From a virus, in IMG/VR virus record IMGVR_UViG_3300028393_004717, positions 2,971 through 66,970 of that record: a DNA stretch of 64,000 nt. One strand, given 5' to 3'. The notes under the pieces are model-generated. The model was given only the letters and a program-made list of their open reading frames with translations, did not search any database and was not told where the DNA came from. Positions 9,537 through 18,425 of this stretch are shown here, piece by piece. The translations under genes were made by a program, and so were the position numbers. How positions within the stretch are numbered: the first letter of the stretch is position 1; every line of letters begins with the position of its first letter.

Positions 9537-10364
9537 ATGAAATATATTCTGTATCTTATATTCCCTATGATTGTATTTAGTGCAGATCCTGATAAAAAAT
9601 TACATCAGAATAGTTTGTGTCCAACCGTAAAAATAAGCTATAACAAAAACAATTGTGATTGCGAAGATTGTAAGAAAAATCAACCTCAAGCAATTGCCAC
9701 AGGATTTATAGTAAAATCTATAAAAATAAAAGAAAAAACACTTGAAAATAAGTTTTTAAATGTGGTTGTTACGGCAGCACATACAGTTGAAAACACACCA
9801 AATAATTTGACAACTCATGTCGGCAATTATTTAAATTGGTCATCACTTGAAAAATTTGATTCATATCCAACTATGATTTATGGAATTAATCAAAATAAAG
9901 ATCTTGCTGTTATTGTTTTTATATCAGATAAAATGCTACCAATTGTGGAAATTGATTTTGATAGTAAATTGTATTTTGGTAATGATATTTTTAAAATTGG
10001 ATATGGCTTAGGAGATGATGTTAGATTAGATTTCGGACAAATTACAGCCATAGAAACCAAATCTCCAATTAAGCTTAAAGGATATCTAAGAACTAATGCT
10101 TATACTATATTTGGAGACTCCGGTGGCCCTTTATTCTCTAAAGAAAATTATAAGGTCATTGGAGTAACAAGCTCTATCCGTGGATCAGATAGTATATTTC
10201 TTCATAAGCAATCTTACTTTAGTCCAATTATTTGGTTAAAAAATTGGGATGATGAATCAAAAGGATCTTTGTCCTTTATATATAAGGAAGATAAAAAAAT
10301 ACCAGAAACTTTGATATTTCAATTATGGTTAAGAGAATTTGACATTAAAGGAACTAGACAATGA
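9537..10364 (+). CDS. Exported trypsin-like serine protease (S1)
   Basis: Signal-like N-terminus; TAAH, DLA and GDSGGP triad motifs. Confidence 0.9.
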   Translation: MKYILYLIFPMIVFSADPDKKLHQNSLCPTVKISYNKNNCDCEDCKKNQPQAIATGFIVKSIKIKEKTLENKFLNVVVTAAHTVENTPNNLTTHVGNYLNWSSLEKFDSYPTMIYGINQNKDLAVIVFISDKMLPIVEIDFDSKLYFGNDIFKIGYGLGDDVRLDFGQITAIETKSPIKLKGYLRTNAYTIFGDSGGPLFSKENYKVIGVTSSIRGSDSIFLHKQSYFSPIIWLKNWDDESKGSLSFIYKEDKKIPETLIFQLWLREFDIKGTRQ

Positions 10365-11887
10365 TTACATTTAAAGAATCTATCGAAATTAAAAACACTA
10401 TAAAATTGGCAGAAAAGTGCTTCTATATGATGGAATCATATAAAATTAGTTCTATCAATTTCGTTGATTGGATTGAATCTTCTTTTGATGACAACCAAGA
10501 TATCAATGAAAATCTTAGACTTTGGCTACAAACAGAAATCAATTTTCTTGAAAATTACGATAGTGAAGTTTTTGAAGAAGAAGATATTACATTCGGACAA
10601 TCATTGGCAAAAGATTTTGATGCTGTAAAAAATTCAACTATTGGAAAAAAAATTGGACAGTTGGGTTCTGCTGCTTTTCAAGGTGTAAAAAAAGGAATGC
10701 AACAATATTCTGCATATAGCGATGTTCAAAGTATGGCTAAAAATGTTGGAACTGCTAAACAAAAATTAATCGATCTTTTTAAAAGAGGAGAAAGACAAGG
10801 TTCTATTCTTAGTAACGACAAAATAAAAACAGCTTTAAGTAACATAATCAATATGTTGCAAAAAATCGACCCATCAACAATTGGAAGAACACCACAACCA
10901 GATATGGCTAATGTAACTTTTAATGGTCAGCCTTCAGGCGGGGATGCTAAACAGATCACTCCATTTGATCCGACAACCTCAATAACTCCAAATTTACAAA
11001 CAAATTCATTTTCTCCAATTGGACAAAAATTATTTGAGACAAGAATTAAATCTATTTGTTATAAATTAGATGAATTAAAAATTAATCCATATCACTTCGC
11101 TACTTGTTTTGTAGATGAATTTTGCGAAGACAATAATATCAATGAATCTGGATTTATTGGTGGTGCTTGGTCTGGACTTAAAGGTGCTGTAAAAGGTGGT
11201 TGGGATAGATTGATGGGTGGTGGCGAAGGTTCAATTTGGGATTCTATACAAGGTGGTTATAGATCTGGAAGAGATTCTAAATATGATGACTACGATAGAC
11301 AAGCAATAGCAGATGCGATTAAACATTTAGGAAATTTTTCGAAGCAAATAGAAGGTAGCACACTGCAAAATTTCCAACAACAAATCAATGGCCTTATAAC
11401 AAATTTAAATAAAACATTAACTTATAAGCCACAACAAAATGTAGCACCTAAAAAAGCTAGTGCAATGGATATGGACAAATTAAGTGCATCTAGCATTGTT
11501 CCTCCAACCGATCAAGAAAAAAGAGCAGCAGCAGAAGAAGCCGAAAAAATTAGTAATGCGGCCATCGTAGTTAAAAATGCATCTGATAAATCTCTAGAAG
11601 AAAAAATTGACGCATCAAATAAATTCTGGAAAATTAAAACCAAGACCCAATCAAGACTTCAAATACAAGAAAAATGGGCAAAATTACCAAATGAAATTAA
11701 AGCTAAAGTTATAGATTTAGATGCTTACAAAAAAATAATTGCTGATGAAGATAAAAGTAAATCCACTCATATTCCCACAATGGAAAAAGGAAAATTATAC
11801 AAAAAAATACTTAAATTTATAGATGATGAACTAGCCTTACTACCTCAACCTACAGCAGATATGAAACCAGCAGCAGCAGCAAAATAA
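10361..11887 (+). CDS. Large hypothetical protein, putative internal virion/ejection protein
   Basis: MITFKES N-terminus, internal duplicated module ending in INE, Gly-rich amphipathic segment. Confidence 0.5.
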   Translation: MITFKESIEIKNTIKLAEKCFYMMESYKISSINFVDWIESSFDDNQDINENLRLWLQTEINFLENYDSEVFEEEDITFGQSLAKDFDAVKNSTIGKKIGQLGSAAFQGVKKGMQQYSAYSDVQSMAKNVGTAKQKLIDLFKRGERQGSILSNDKIKTALSNIINMLQKIDPSTIGRTPQPDMANVTFNGQPSGGDAKQITPFDPTTSITPNLQTNSFSPIGQKLFETRIKSICYKLDELKINPYHFATCFVDEFCEDNNINESGFIGGAWSGLKGAVKGGWDRLMGGGEGSIWDSIQGGYRSGRDSKYDDYDRQAIADAIKHLGNFSKQIEGSTLQNFQQQINGLITNLNKTLTYKPQQNVAPKKASAMDMDKLSASSIVPPTDQEKRAAAEEAEKISNAAIVVKNASDKSLEEKIDASNKFWKIKTKTQSRLQIQEKWAKLPNEIKAKVIDLDAYKKIIADEDKSKSTHIPTMEKGKLYKKILKFIDDELALLPQPTADMKPAAAAK

Positions 11888-11890
11888 TAA

Positions 11891-11977
11891 TTAAGCAGTA
11901 AGATAAGCTTATGTTCGCAAAAGTGAAGTTCACCCCCTTGTAACGCAGAACAAATAAAGGCTTATCTCACTACTTAA
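11891..11977 (-). ncRNA. Long bulged hairpin RNA element between convergent genes
   Basis: On the minus strand TTAAGTAGTGAGATAAGC pairs with GCTTATCTTACTGCTTAA (18 bp, two G-U pairs); inner stems TGTTC/GAACA and GTGA/TCAC. Confidence 0.45.
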
Positions 11978-12279
11978 ATGTATCCATTCTTTCTGGCATC
12001 ATCGATCTCTTTCGCAGTGACCTTTCTACCAAGAAATTCAGAGCATGATTGAGTAAAATGTCTAACAATATCAGTCTTTAACATTTCCATGTATTGCGGA
12101 CCCATCTTTTTTGCTTCAAATAAATCACCAACATCTATAGACCAGTCTAAAAGCTCGTTATTTATGAATACCCCTTGCTTTAGCACTCCTTGGCCATCAG
12201 TATACATTTTTGTCTCAAACTTATTTTTACCTTCTGGGATTGGATTATTTGTTTCCATATTCAAAAAATTTTCTTGCAT
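11974..12279 (-). CDS. Hypothetical protein
   Basis: SD AGGGGAG; 101-aa globular-looking ORF. Confidence 0.65.
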   Translation of the reverse strand: MQENFLNMETNNPIPEGKNKFETKMYTDGQGVLKQGVFINNELLDWSIDVGDLFEAKKMGPQYMEMLKTDIVRHFTQSCSEFLGRKVTAKEIDDARKNGYI

Positions 12280-12306
12280 ACTGCTCCCCTACACCATAAA
12301 TATAAT

Positions 12307-12843
12307 ATGAACTTTAACGAATTTTTAAATTTAAAAGAATCTACACTACTCGATCTTTATAAGAGTACAGTCGATGCATTTCCTAAGACTACCAAAAGAC
12401 AAAATTCTATCGATATGATAAAAATTATAGAAATGAATTATACGCCATATATAGGTATGAAGACTTTGTTTGTCAAGGGAATGGCAAAAAACATAGATAA
12501 CCAAAAAGAATATGATTCTATTATTTTATTTAAAAATATAAATTATGCAAAAGCAAAGAATGAAAGCATAGTAGAACTAATCGCAAGCAATAATAAAAAG
12601 TATTATATAGAAAGAATAAACCCTTATTTAAACGAAGTGGCAGTAAAATGCAGTTGTCCAGATTTTAACTGGCGATTCAATTACTACAACTCTTTGGATA
12701 AGAGCCTGTATGGAAGAAAAAGAAAGAAATATGAGTCAAGAACTAATGCAAAGAAAGCAAATGTTAATGAAGCAGAAGGAATGTGCAAGCATTTGATCAA
12801 ATTGGTCAAAGCTATAAAAGACTCAAAACTCATGGAGGACTAA
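12307..12843 (+). CDS. SWIM zinc-finger protein
   Basis: CSCPDF...CKHL SWIM motif; start MNFNEFLNLKE at 12307 after CATAAATA. Confidence 0.8.
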   Translation: MNFNEFLNLKESTLLDLYKSTVDAFPKTTKRQNSIDMIKIIEMNYTPYIGMKTLFVKGMAKNIDNQKEYDSIILFKNINYAKAKNESIVELIASNNKKYYIERINPYLNEVAVKCSCPDFNWRFNYYNSLDKSLYGRKRKKYESRTNAKKANVNEAEGMCKHLIKLVKAIKDSKLMED

Positions 12844-13394
12844 TGAAAAATGATTATCAAACTTTTTACAAAATGTTTTCAAAATTGGAAGGAATTAAAA
12901 TATTTCAAAGCGAAGAAGATCCTAGTACTTGGTTTTTCTTTTCTTGTAATTCTGAATACTCTTTTGCATTTGTTACCGCAATTGTAGAAGAAATAGGAGA
13001 TGATAATATTTGTAAAATGGTTTCTCTTGGACACCCAATAAGCACAGAAGATACGGCTTACCAACTTGTTTTTCATGCGGATAAAGAACAATTGTATAAA
13101 ACATTCATAGCTAAAATTAATGCTTATTTGGAAAATTCAAAAAATCTTAAACACGATGAATTTGGTAATCCAGATTTATCACTTGTGACAATTAAGCAAA
13201 TTGCAAAAGAACTTAAAAAAAGAAAGAATTTGTCGTTTGCCGTTGTTTGGATGGAAGATACAAATAAAGAAAATATCGCAATAGAAGGTAATGGAAATCC
13301 AACTCAAATAGTTGGACTATTAGCTAGAGGACTACACATGGCAATAGAATGGTCAGATAAATTTTTGAAGATAAGTAAACCAGAAAAAGATTAA
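12843..13394 (+). CDS. Hypothetical protein
   Basis: TAATG coupling to the upstream gene and SD GGAGG. Confidence 0.65.
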   Translation: MKNDYQTFYKMFSKLEGIKIFQSEEDPSTWFFFSCNSEYSFAFVTAIVEEIGDDNICKMVSLGHPISTEDTAYQLVFHADKEQLYKTFIAKINAYLENSKNLKHDEFGNPDLSLVTIKQIAKELKKRKNLSFAVVWMEDTNKENIAIEGNGNPTQIVGLLARGLHMAIEWSDKFLKISKPEKD

Positions 13395-13726
13395 GCAATA
13401 CCAATCTTTACTATCATCCAGTTGACAACAGAATTGTTGCTGGATGATATTGTAAATGTCCAATCATGACTTTGTGGAACTGGACTTATTTCTTTTGAAA
13501 TGTAAGGACAACCCTTATCGTTTGATGTGAGAAATATGGCGTAATCGGTAAAATCACCAGAGGGTGATGGAAATTTTATCGTGGCACTTGTGCCATTCAT
13601 TTTTTCTATCCCAGCAGCAACTATTTTTGGGCCAACAAGATTTGTTATACTCAATGAAGCTCTAGATAAATCATTCGATTTATAAGCCGAACCAATTCCT
13701 GTTCCTGTTACGCTTGAAGCACCCAT
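13391..13726 (-). CDS. N-tag array member 6, small beta domain (paralog of 16573-16974)
   Basis: MGASSVTGTGIGS N-terminus; C-terminus WMIVKIG matches YMVVKSG of the 16573 ORF. Confidence 0.7.
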   Translation of the reverse strand: MGASSVTGTGIGSAYKSNDLSRASLSITNLVGPKIVAAGIEKMNGTSATIKFPSPSGDFTDYAIFLTSNDKGCPYISKEISPVPQSHDWTFTISSSNNSVVNWMIVKIGIA

Positions 13727-13817
13727 TTATACTCCTTAATATATGTAAGCTTCAAAAAATAAAAAAGTAATGTGGTTTTTACACATCACCTTTTTATTTT
13801 TTAAAATTAATTTAAAA

Positions 13818-14399
13818 TTATGTATTGGTACCAAAAGGATTACTTACAGTTTGACCACCATCCGTAATGACATCACCTTGTATCCAGTAACTGGTTCCCA
13901 AACTAATCGCCACCACATAACTTCCTATGATACCACCAGTCTTATTGTTGGTTCCATATTCTATTTTGTTACTCGTAGCACTGGCAGCAAAAGTTCTAGT
14001 TTCAGCTACGCCATTTTTGTGTAGCGTTAAACTACCAGTCATTAGATCAGAAAAAGGATAACATTGAATAAAGAATTGATCTGGTCGAACCGTGGTCAAA
14101 AAGCGGAATGTCTGACCAATCGTAGTAGTGCTTAATTCTGGTAATGTTATGAATCCATTTGGCCCGTGATCTAACAAAAAAAGTTTCCCATCATCAGATG
14201 CAGATATCTGATGAACAGGAAGTGATACAACAGATTCGGTGTACGACACTATAGTCGAAATTTCAGAGGAAGATGATGCATTAGCAATTGCAGAGGTCAC
14301 ATCTACTGCTAGATTTAGTAGTTTTACATTATTTTGAATTCTTGGTAATGATCTCTCTACTGCTCCATTTCCTGTTCCTTCATTGGTTTTAGCTCCCAT
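13818..14399 (-). CDS. N-tag array member 5, putative head decoration/fibre protein (C-domain paralog of 15125-15706)
   Basis: MGAKTNEGTGNGA; ITLP...FRF...TGG..G...PF domain. Confidence 0.7.
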   Translation of the reverse strand: MGAKTNEGTGNGAVERSLPRIQNNVKLLNLAVDVTSAIANASSSSEISTIVSYTESVVSLPVHQISASDDGKLFLLDHGPNGFITLPELSTTTIGQTFRFLTTVRPDQFFIQCYPFSDLMTGSLTLHKNGVAETRTFAASATSNKIEYGTNNKTGGIIGSYVVAISLGTSYWIQGDVITDGGQTVSNPFGTNT

Positions 14400-14445
14400 A
14401 ATAATCTCCTTTTTGTTATGTTAAATGAATATATTTGCATCTTGG
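14331..14445. repeat. Direct repeat copy A (5' end of gene + RBS + half hairpin), similar to 14981-15095
   Basis: About 115 bp colinear with 14981-15095, including ccataataatctcctttttgttatgt and tgcatcttgg. Confidence 0.85.
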
Positions 14446-14489
14446 AAAAAACAAAGTGATATATCAAAAAATAAATCACTTTGTTTTTT
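14446..14489. terminator. Inverted repeat / terminator between array members
   Basis: aaaaaacaaagtgat ... atcactttgtttttt. Confidence 0.6.
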
Positions 14490-14521
14490 TAAATTATCAA
14501 CTTTGTTTTAATGATGCTATA

Positions 14522-15049
14522 TTAAAGTGCAGCAATTGCAGTTTTAAAAGCATCAAAATCAGCAGCAGCAGCAGTCAAGGTCTTTAAATCAGATATTTTA
14601 ATCCAAATAGCATTGCCGTTAAAATCTTTAATGTTTCCACCATCTGGTAATGTCATAATACCATCATTGTGAAATCTCCAGTTGTTATCGTCAACATCAA
14701 TGTTCACTTGATGTTGGTGATTGAGGCTGTTTCCACCATCAAGATTATCATCAAGGTTATGATTGCCTACTGTAATGCTTACATCAGGACCATAACTAGG
14801 CATCATGTCTCTTTGACCGCCCCACCATAATCCTAAATATTCTGTGTTACTTGAAGCCCAAATTACTGATTCTTGATCATTCTGTCTTGATGCCCCTAGT
14901 GTTCCAACTAAAAGACCACCAGTAAAAGCAGTAAGATCAGTTATGTTTGATAGATTTCTTACATTTTCTGGTTTGATATTATTTTGAATTCTCGGAAAAG
15001 AATTCTCTACTGCTCCATTGCCTCTTCCTTCTGTTGTTGTAGCTGCCAT
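14522..15049 (-). CDS. N-tag array member 4, fibre-like protein
   Basis: MAATTTEGRGNGA; C-terminal helix LKTLTAAAADFDAFKTAIAAL resembles phage fibre ends. Confidence 0.7.
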   Translation of the reverse strand: MAATTTEGRGNGAVENSFPRIQNNIKPENVRNLSNITDLTAFTGGLLVGTLGASRQNDQESVIWASSNTEYLGLWWGGQRDMMPSYGPDVSITVGNHNLDDNLDGGNSLNHQHQVNIDVDDNNWRFHNDGIMTLPDGGNIKDFNGNAIWIKISDLKTLTAAAADFDAFKTAIAAL

Positions 15050-15095
15050 AATAATCTCCTTTTTGTTATGTGGAATGAATAAATCTGCATCTTGG
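14981..15095. repeat. Direct repeat copy B, similar to 14331-14445
   Basis: See copy A. Also 15025-15063 matches 15682-15720 at 38 of 39 nt. Confidence 0.85.
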
Positions 15096-15114
15096 TTTTT
15101 GCCAAGATGCAGAT
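15083..15114. terminator. Perfect 13-bp hairpin between array members
   Basis: atctgcatcttgg-tttttg-ccaagatgcagat. Confidence 0.65.
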
Positions 15115-15124
15115 CAAATTAAAC

Positions 15125-15706
15125 TTAGGAAACTGCGTTACTGAAAGGGGTTACTTCAGTAGCTGTCTGAGTAAGAACTGCTCTTACATGGAATATGCCA
15201 GCAGCCATATCGAGTATTTCGACATGATTACCTTTTTTACCACCTTTGGTAGAGCCATCCATAGTAATCGTATCATCACTAGCACCTGCAATCCACATAT
15301 CGATTGCGGTAGGTGTGCCAGACAATGGTGTTTCGTCATCAGAACCAAAAGCAACGCCACTCATGATGTCAGTTCCATTGGCTACCTGAATCTTGTAAAC
15401 ATTGCTAGTTACAGTAGTTTTAACATAAAACTTGTAGGTGTCACCAGTTCCAGTAGCTGCTGGAAGAGTAACGACAACACCTGCTAATCTATCTAAAATT
15501 AAAGGTATGTTAGCCTTGCTAGAATCAAGAGTTATTGTCGCAGTATCAAGAACAAATGGTGTTTTTGATAATGCGTTATTATCGAGTTTTGCTGCGGTCA
15601 CAGCGTTTGGTTCAATGTTTACTGTTTTAACAGAACCATTGAGAATCAATGGTTTGATGTTTGATGCAGAACCATTTCCTGTTCCTTCTGTTGTTGTAGC
15701 TGCCAT
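15125..15706 (-). CDS. N-tag array member 3, putative head decoration/fibre protein
   Basis: MAATTTEGTGNGS; NAVTAAKL repeat; VTLPAATGTG...KGG..G...TPFS domain resembling phage head-associated proteins. Confidence 0.72.
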   Translation of the reverse strand: MAATTTEGTGNGSASNIKPLILNGSVKTVNIEPNAVTAAKLDNNALSKTPFVLDTATITLDSSKANIPLILDRLAGVVVTLPAATGTGDTYKFYVKTTVTSNVYKIQVANGTDIMSGVAFGSDDETPLSGTPTAIDMWIAGASDDTITMDGSTKGGKKGNHVEILDMAAGIFHVRAVLTQTATEVTPFSNAVS

Positions 15707-15774
15707 AGTAATCTCCTTTTATATATATAAAAACCAATCAAACACAATAAACTTAGCTTAACATAAAGACTAAG

Positions 15775-16491
15775 TTACCTTGCGTATTCAGAAACTTTCA
15801 ACACCGCACTGTTGGTGTTCAATGTAAGGATGTCATCTGCTCCATCCCTCTTTGCTTGAATTTTAATGGTCAACGCACTCGTGACAGAATTTGAAAAAAC
15901 CATGGCGATGGGAAACAGCACCGCACTTCTAGTGCCACCACCTGCACTATTCAACCATGTTTGGTTTCTCCATGTTATCTCAACATCGTTGACCGTTATT
16001 CTGGATCTGAAATTATCTGCCAAGCCTCCACCGACAGCATAAGTTGAGTTGTACTCGATATACAAGGAACTGCTGCCAGAAACTGGCGTGTACGAAACCG
16101 ATGCAAAATCAACATAATTGTTATTATCACCATTACTTACTTCGCCAGCGGTGAATGTATAGAAACTCGTATTTAAATGTTGTCCATTTAATCCCCCTCT
16201 GATGTAACCATCTGCGGTTATATTGTTGCCAGACGAAATGTCACCATCAGCGGATATAGAGCCACCAGACAAAATGTCGCCATCAGCGGATATGTTGTTA
16301 TTAGAGGTTATATTTCCCTCTGCACTGACATTTGATTCGGTTGTCATATCGCCAGTTGCGTTGATGTCGTATTTCCAATTATGGAGAATGTCAACGCCAA
16401 GATTTTCAGCTTTCACTACACCATTGATGATAAGTGGCTTTTGTTTGCTTACAGATCCTATTCCCACACCCTCTTGACTTGTAGCTCCCAT
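15775..16491 (-). CDS. N-tag array member 2, beta-helix repeat fibre-like protein
   Basis: MGATSQEGVGIGS; tandem 12-aa repeats around (I/V)(S/T)A(D/E)G(D/N/Y)I; C-terminal beta-sandwich-like domain. Confidence 0.72.
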   Translation of the reverse strand: MGATSQEGVGIGSVSKQKPLIINGVVKAENLGVDILHNWKYDINATGDMTTESNVSAEGNITSNNNISADGDILSGGSISADGDISSGNNITADGYIRGGLNGQHLNTSFYTFTAGEVSNGDNNNYVDFASVSYTPVSGSSSLYIEYNSTYAVGGGLADNFRSRITVNDVEITWRNQTWLNSAGGGTRSAVLFPIAMVFSNSVTSALTIKIQAKRDGADDILTLNTNSAVLKVSEYAR

Positions 16492-16532
16492 AATAATCTC
16501 CTTTTTAAAAAAAATTTATACGGACATGGAAA

Positions 16533-16562
16533 TTTCCAGCGTGAAGAAATCCACGCTGGAAA
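16533..16562. terminator. 11-bp hairpin between array members
   Basis: tttccagcgtg-aagaaatc-cacgctggaaa. Confidence 0.6.
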
Positions 16563-16572
16563 AAAAGTTAAA

Positions 16573-16974
16573 TTACTTTCTTACATTGATGCCGCTTTTA
16601 ACGACCATGTACATGAAGGTTTGCGTATTGTTATCCCCAGTATGAAGGATAAAACCAGCAAATCCGCTATCGAATCCATCATTGCTGTAGTTTTCGTTAG
16701 CATCGAACTTAGCAATGTGTGGTGGTTTGTTGTTCGCCAAATATAAAGAATCATCAAGATCTGATTGCATTGCAAATACTGAGTAATTATCAGGATTTAA
16801 TGGAAGTTCTGGAAATCTGACAATCACTTGCCAGTTTCCATGTTCGGCTGAAATAACCGTAGTCGCAATACCAGTCAAAACGATATGTGGATCGTTAATG
16901 GTAATGTTCTTGATTGCTGGTCCAACCTTGCTGGCTGAACCTTGACCTACGCCCGTTACGCTAGTAGCACCCAT
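16573..16974 (-). CDS. N-tag array member 1
   Basis: SD AAGGAGG; MGATSVTGVGQGS; domain paralogous to 13391-13726. Confidence 0.7.
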   Translation of the reverse strand: MGATSVTGVGQGSASKVGPAIKNITINDPHIVLTGIATTVISAEHGNWQVIVRFPELPLNPDNYSVFAMQSDLDDSLYLANNKPPHIAKFDANENYSNDGFDSGFAGFILHTGDNNTQTFMYMVVKSGINVRK

Positions 16975-17083
16975 AATAGCCTCCTTGAAATTAAGGTATA
17001 GAAACTACTATAGATATAACTATAGGTTATTTTTAATATAATCTATTGGATAAAAAATTGCGAAAATAATATATACATTTATC

Positions 17084-17650
17084 ATGACTTATGAAAACAG
17101 TCCGATTATAAAATCATATCAAAAACAAATCCTTTATGGAACCATATTGGGAGGATCTTCAATTGTAAATCCAACTTATGGAAGAAATTGTTATTTGGCC
17201 ATGAGAGATAATAATTTGAATTGGCTTTCATATAAAATAGATGAACTTAAAGAATTTTTTAAAATAGATAGTAGTACAATTAAAAAAGATAAAAACACTT
17301 ATCGATGCTATTCGGTTGCTTATCCTTGTTTTAATGATTTGTATAGAACATTTTACAAAGAAGGTAAAAAGGTCGTAACTAAGGAGATATTAGAATCACT
17401 CAACGACCTAGCTTGGATGATTTGGTATATCGATTCTGGTAGGAAAAGCAAAAGAAAGGTTTATCTTAGAACACAAAAATTTGGAGAAGAGGGAACTGTG
17501 ATAATAGCAGATTATTTTAATTCTCTTGATTGTTTTTGTGAAATTAAAAAACAAAAAGATAGATTCGAAATTGTATTTGACAATAAAGGCTCACAAGAGT
17601 ATCTTAAAACATTCGCACACAGAATACCAAATTTTCTCACAAAAGAGTAG
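17084..17650 (+). CDS. LAGLIDADG (two-motif) homing-endonuclease homolog, probably inactive
   Basis: ILYGTILGGSS (GxxLGDG with D changed to G) and AWMIWYIDSG (WxMDDG with D changed to S); LRTQKF. Confidence 0.8.
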   Translation: MTYENSPIIKSYQKQILYGTILGGSSIVNPTYGRNCYLAMRDNNLNWLSYKIDELKEFFKIDSSTIKKDKNTYRCYSVAYPCFNDLYRTFYKEGKKVVTKEILESLNDLAWMIWYIDSGRKSKRKVYLRTQKFGEEGTVIIADYFNSLDCFCEIKKQKDRFEIVFDNKGSQEYLKTFAHRIPNFLTKE

Positions 17651-17653
17651 CTG

Positions 17654-18085
17654 ATGAGTACAAAAGTAAGTTTGTATTATGATCCAAAAATACATCTTTA
17701 TCAAGAATCCTTTAGAGACGATTCTATTCACCTAAATGTTAATGAAAAAGGAATCGATCTTAAAATTGAATTTTCACTTGTTGATTTTATAAAAATGATC
17801 CAATCAATTGATTTAAATTCACTGAGAAAACAAGCCAACATTACAGATGAACAAATAAAATCTTATTGTGAAAAACAAGTTGAAAAAAGAATCGGTTTAA
17901 ATAATGACATTTGTCAAATGTTTGGATATATGATTTATGGGGATTGCAAAGAATCAAAAGAAAAGCAAATAACAAATGGCATTCAATATCATGAAAATTT
18001 AAGAGAAAAATTGAAAAAAATAATTGAAGAATTAGGTTGTAATAAAAATACTTATTATTTTGGGCTTGAAGATATTTTGCATTAA
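17654..18085 (+). CDS. Hypothetical protein
   Basis: Tight operon packing; MSTKVSLYY..IHLYQE N-terminus. Confidence 0.6.
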   Translation: MSTKVSLYYDPKIHLYQESFRDDSIHLNVNEKGIDLKIEFSLVDFIKMIQSIDLNSLRKQANITDEQIKSYCEKQVEKRIGLNNDICQMFGYMIYGDCKESKEKQITNGIQYHENLREKLKKIIEELGCNKNTYYFGLEDILH

Positions 18086-18100
18086 TAGCATAATATTCAA

Positions 18101-18319
18101 ATGACTGTAATTGAAAAAACAATATTTGATATTCTTGTTCAATATTCAAAAAATAATGACTGGATTTTATTTGATGGCAACTACTTTCAAATCGATTCAA
18201 GTAAAACCAATGGTATAAATATGCACAAATTAAAAAACTTGTCATCTTCTGATGCTTTTTTGTGCCTTAAAAAATACCTCAAAAGACAATTTAAAAAAGT
18301 GAATAATTCATGCTCATAA
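18101..18319 (+). CDS. Small hypothetical protein
   Basis: Co-directional ORF filling the gap. Confidence 0.4.
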   Translation: MTVIEKTIFDILVQYSKNNDWILFDGNYFQIDSSKTNGINMHKLKNLSSSDAFLCLKKYLKRQFKKVNNSCS

Positions 18320-18425
18320 ATATTGGAATAATTTTTGTAATTATTTTAATATTTTGCAGACTCGTTCTTTTGCACAACCAAATACATGAATATTATGAAG
18401 ATCAATAGTATTTAGTGATTGAAAT

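Noticed and set aside
13727-16572. Inter-cassette inverted repeats as integron attC sites
   Set aside because: Short (about 25-45 nt), mutually dissimilar, lacking consistent RYYYAAC/GTTRRRY ends; no integrase in the window.
13391-16974. MGA starts as N-myristoylation signals
   Set aside because: Position 6 is not S/T in the MG members, two members start MAA, and the context is a bacterial phage.
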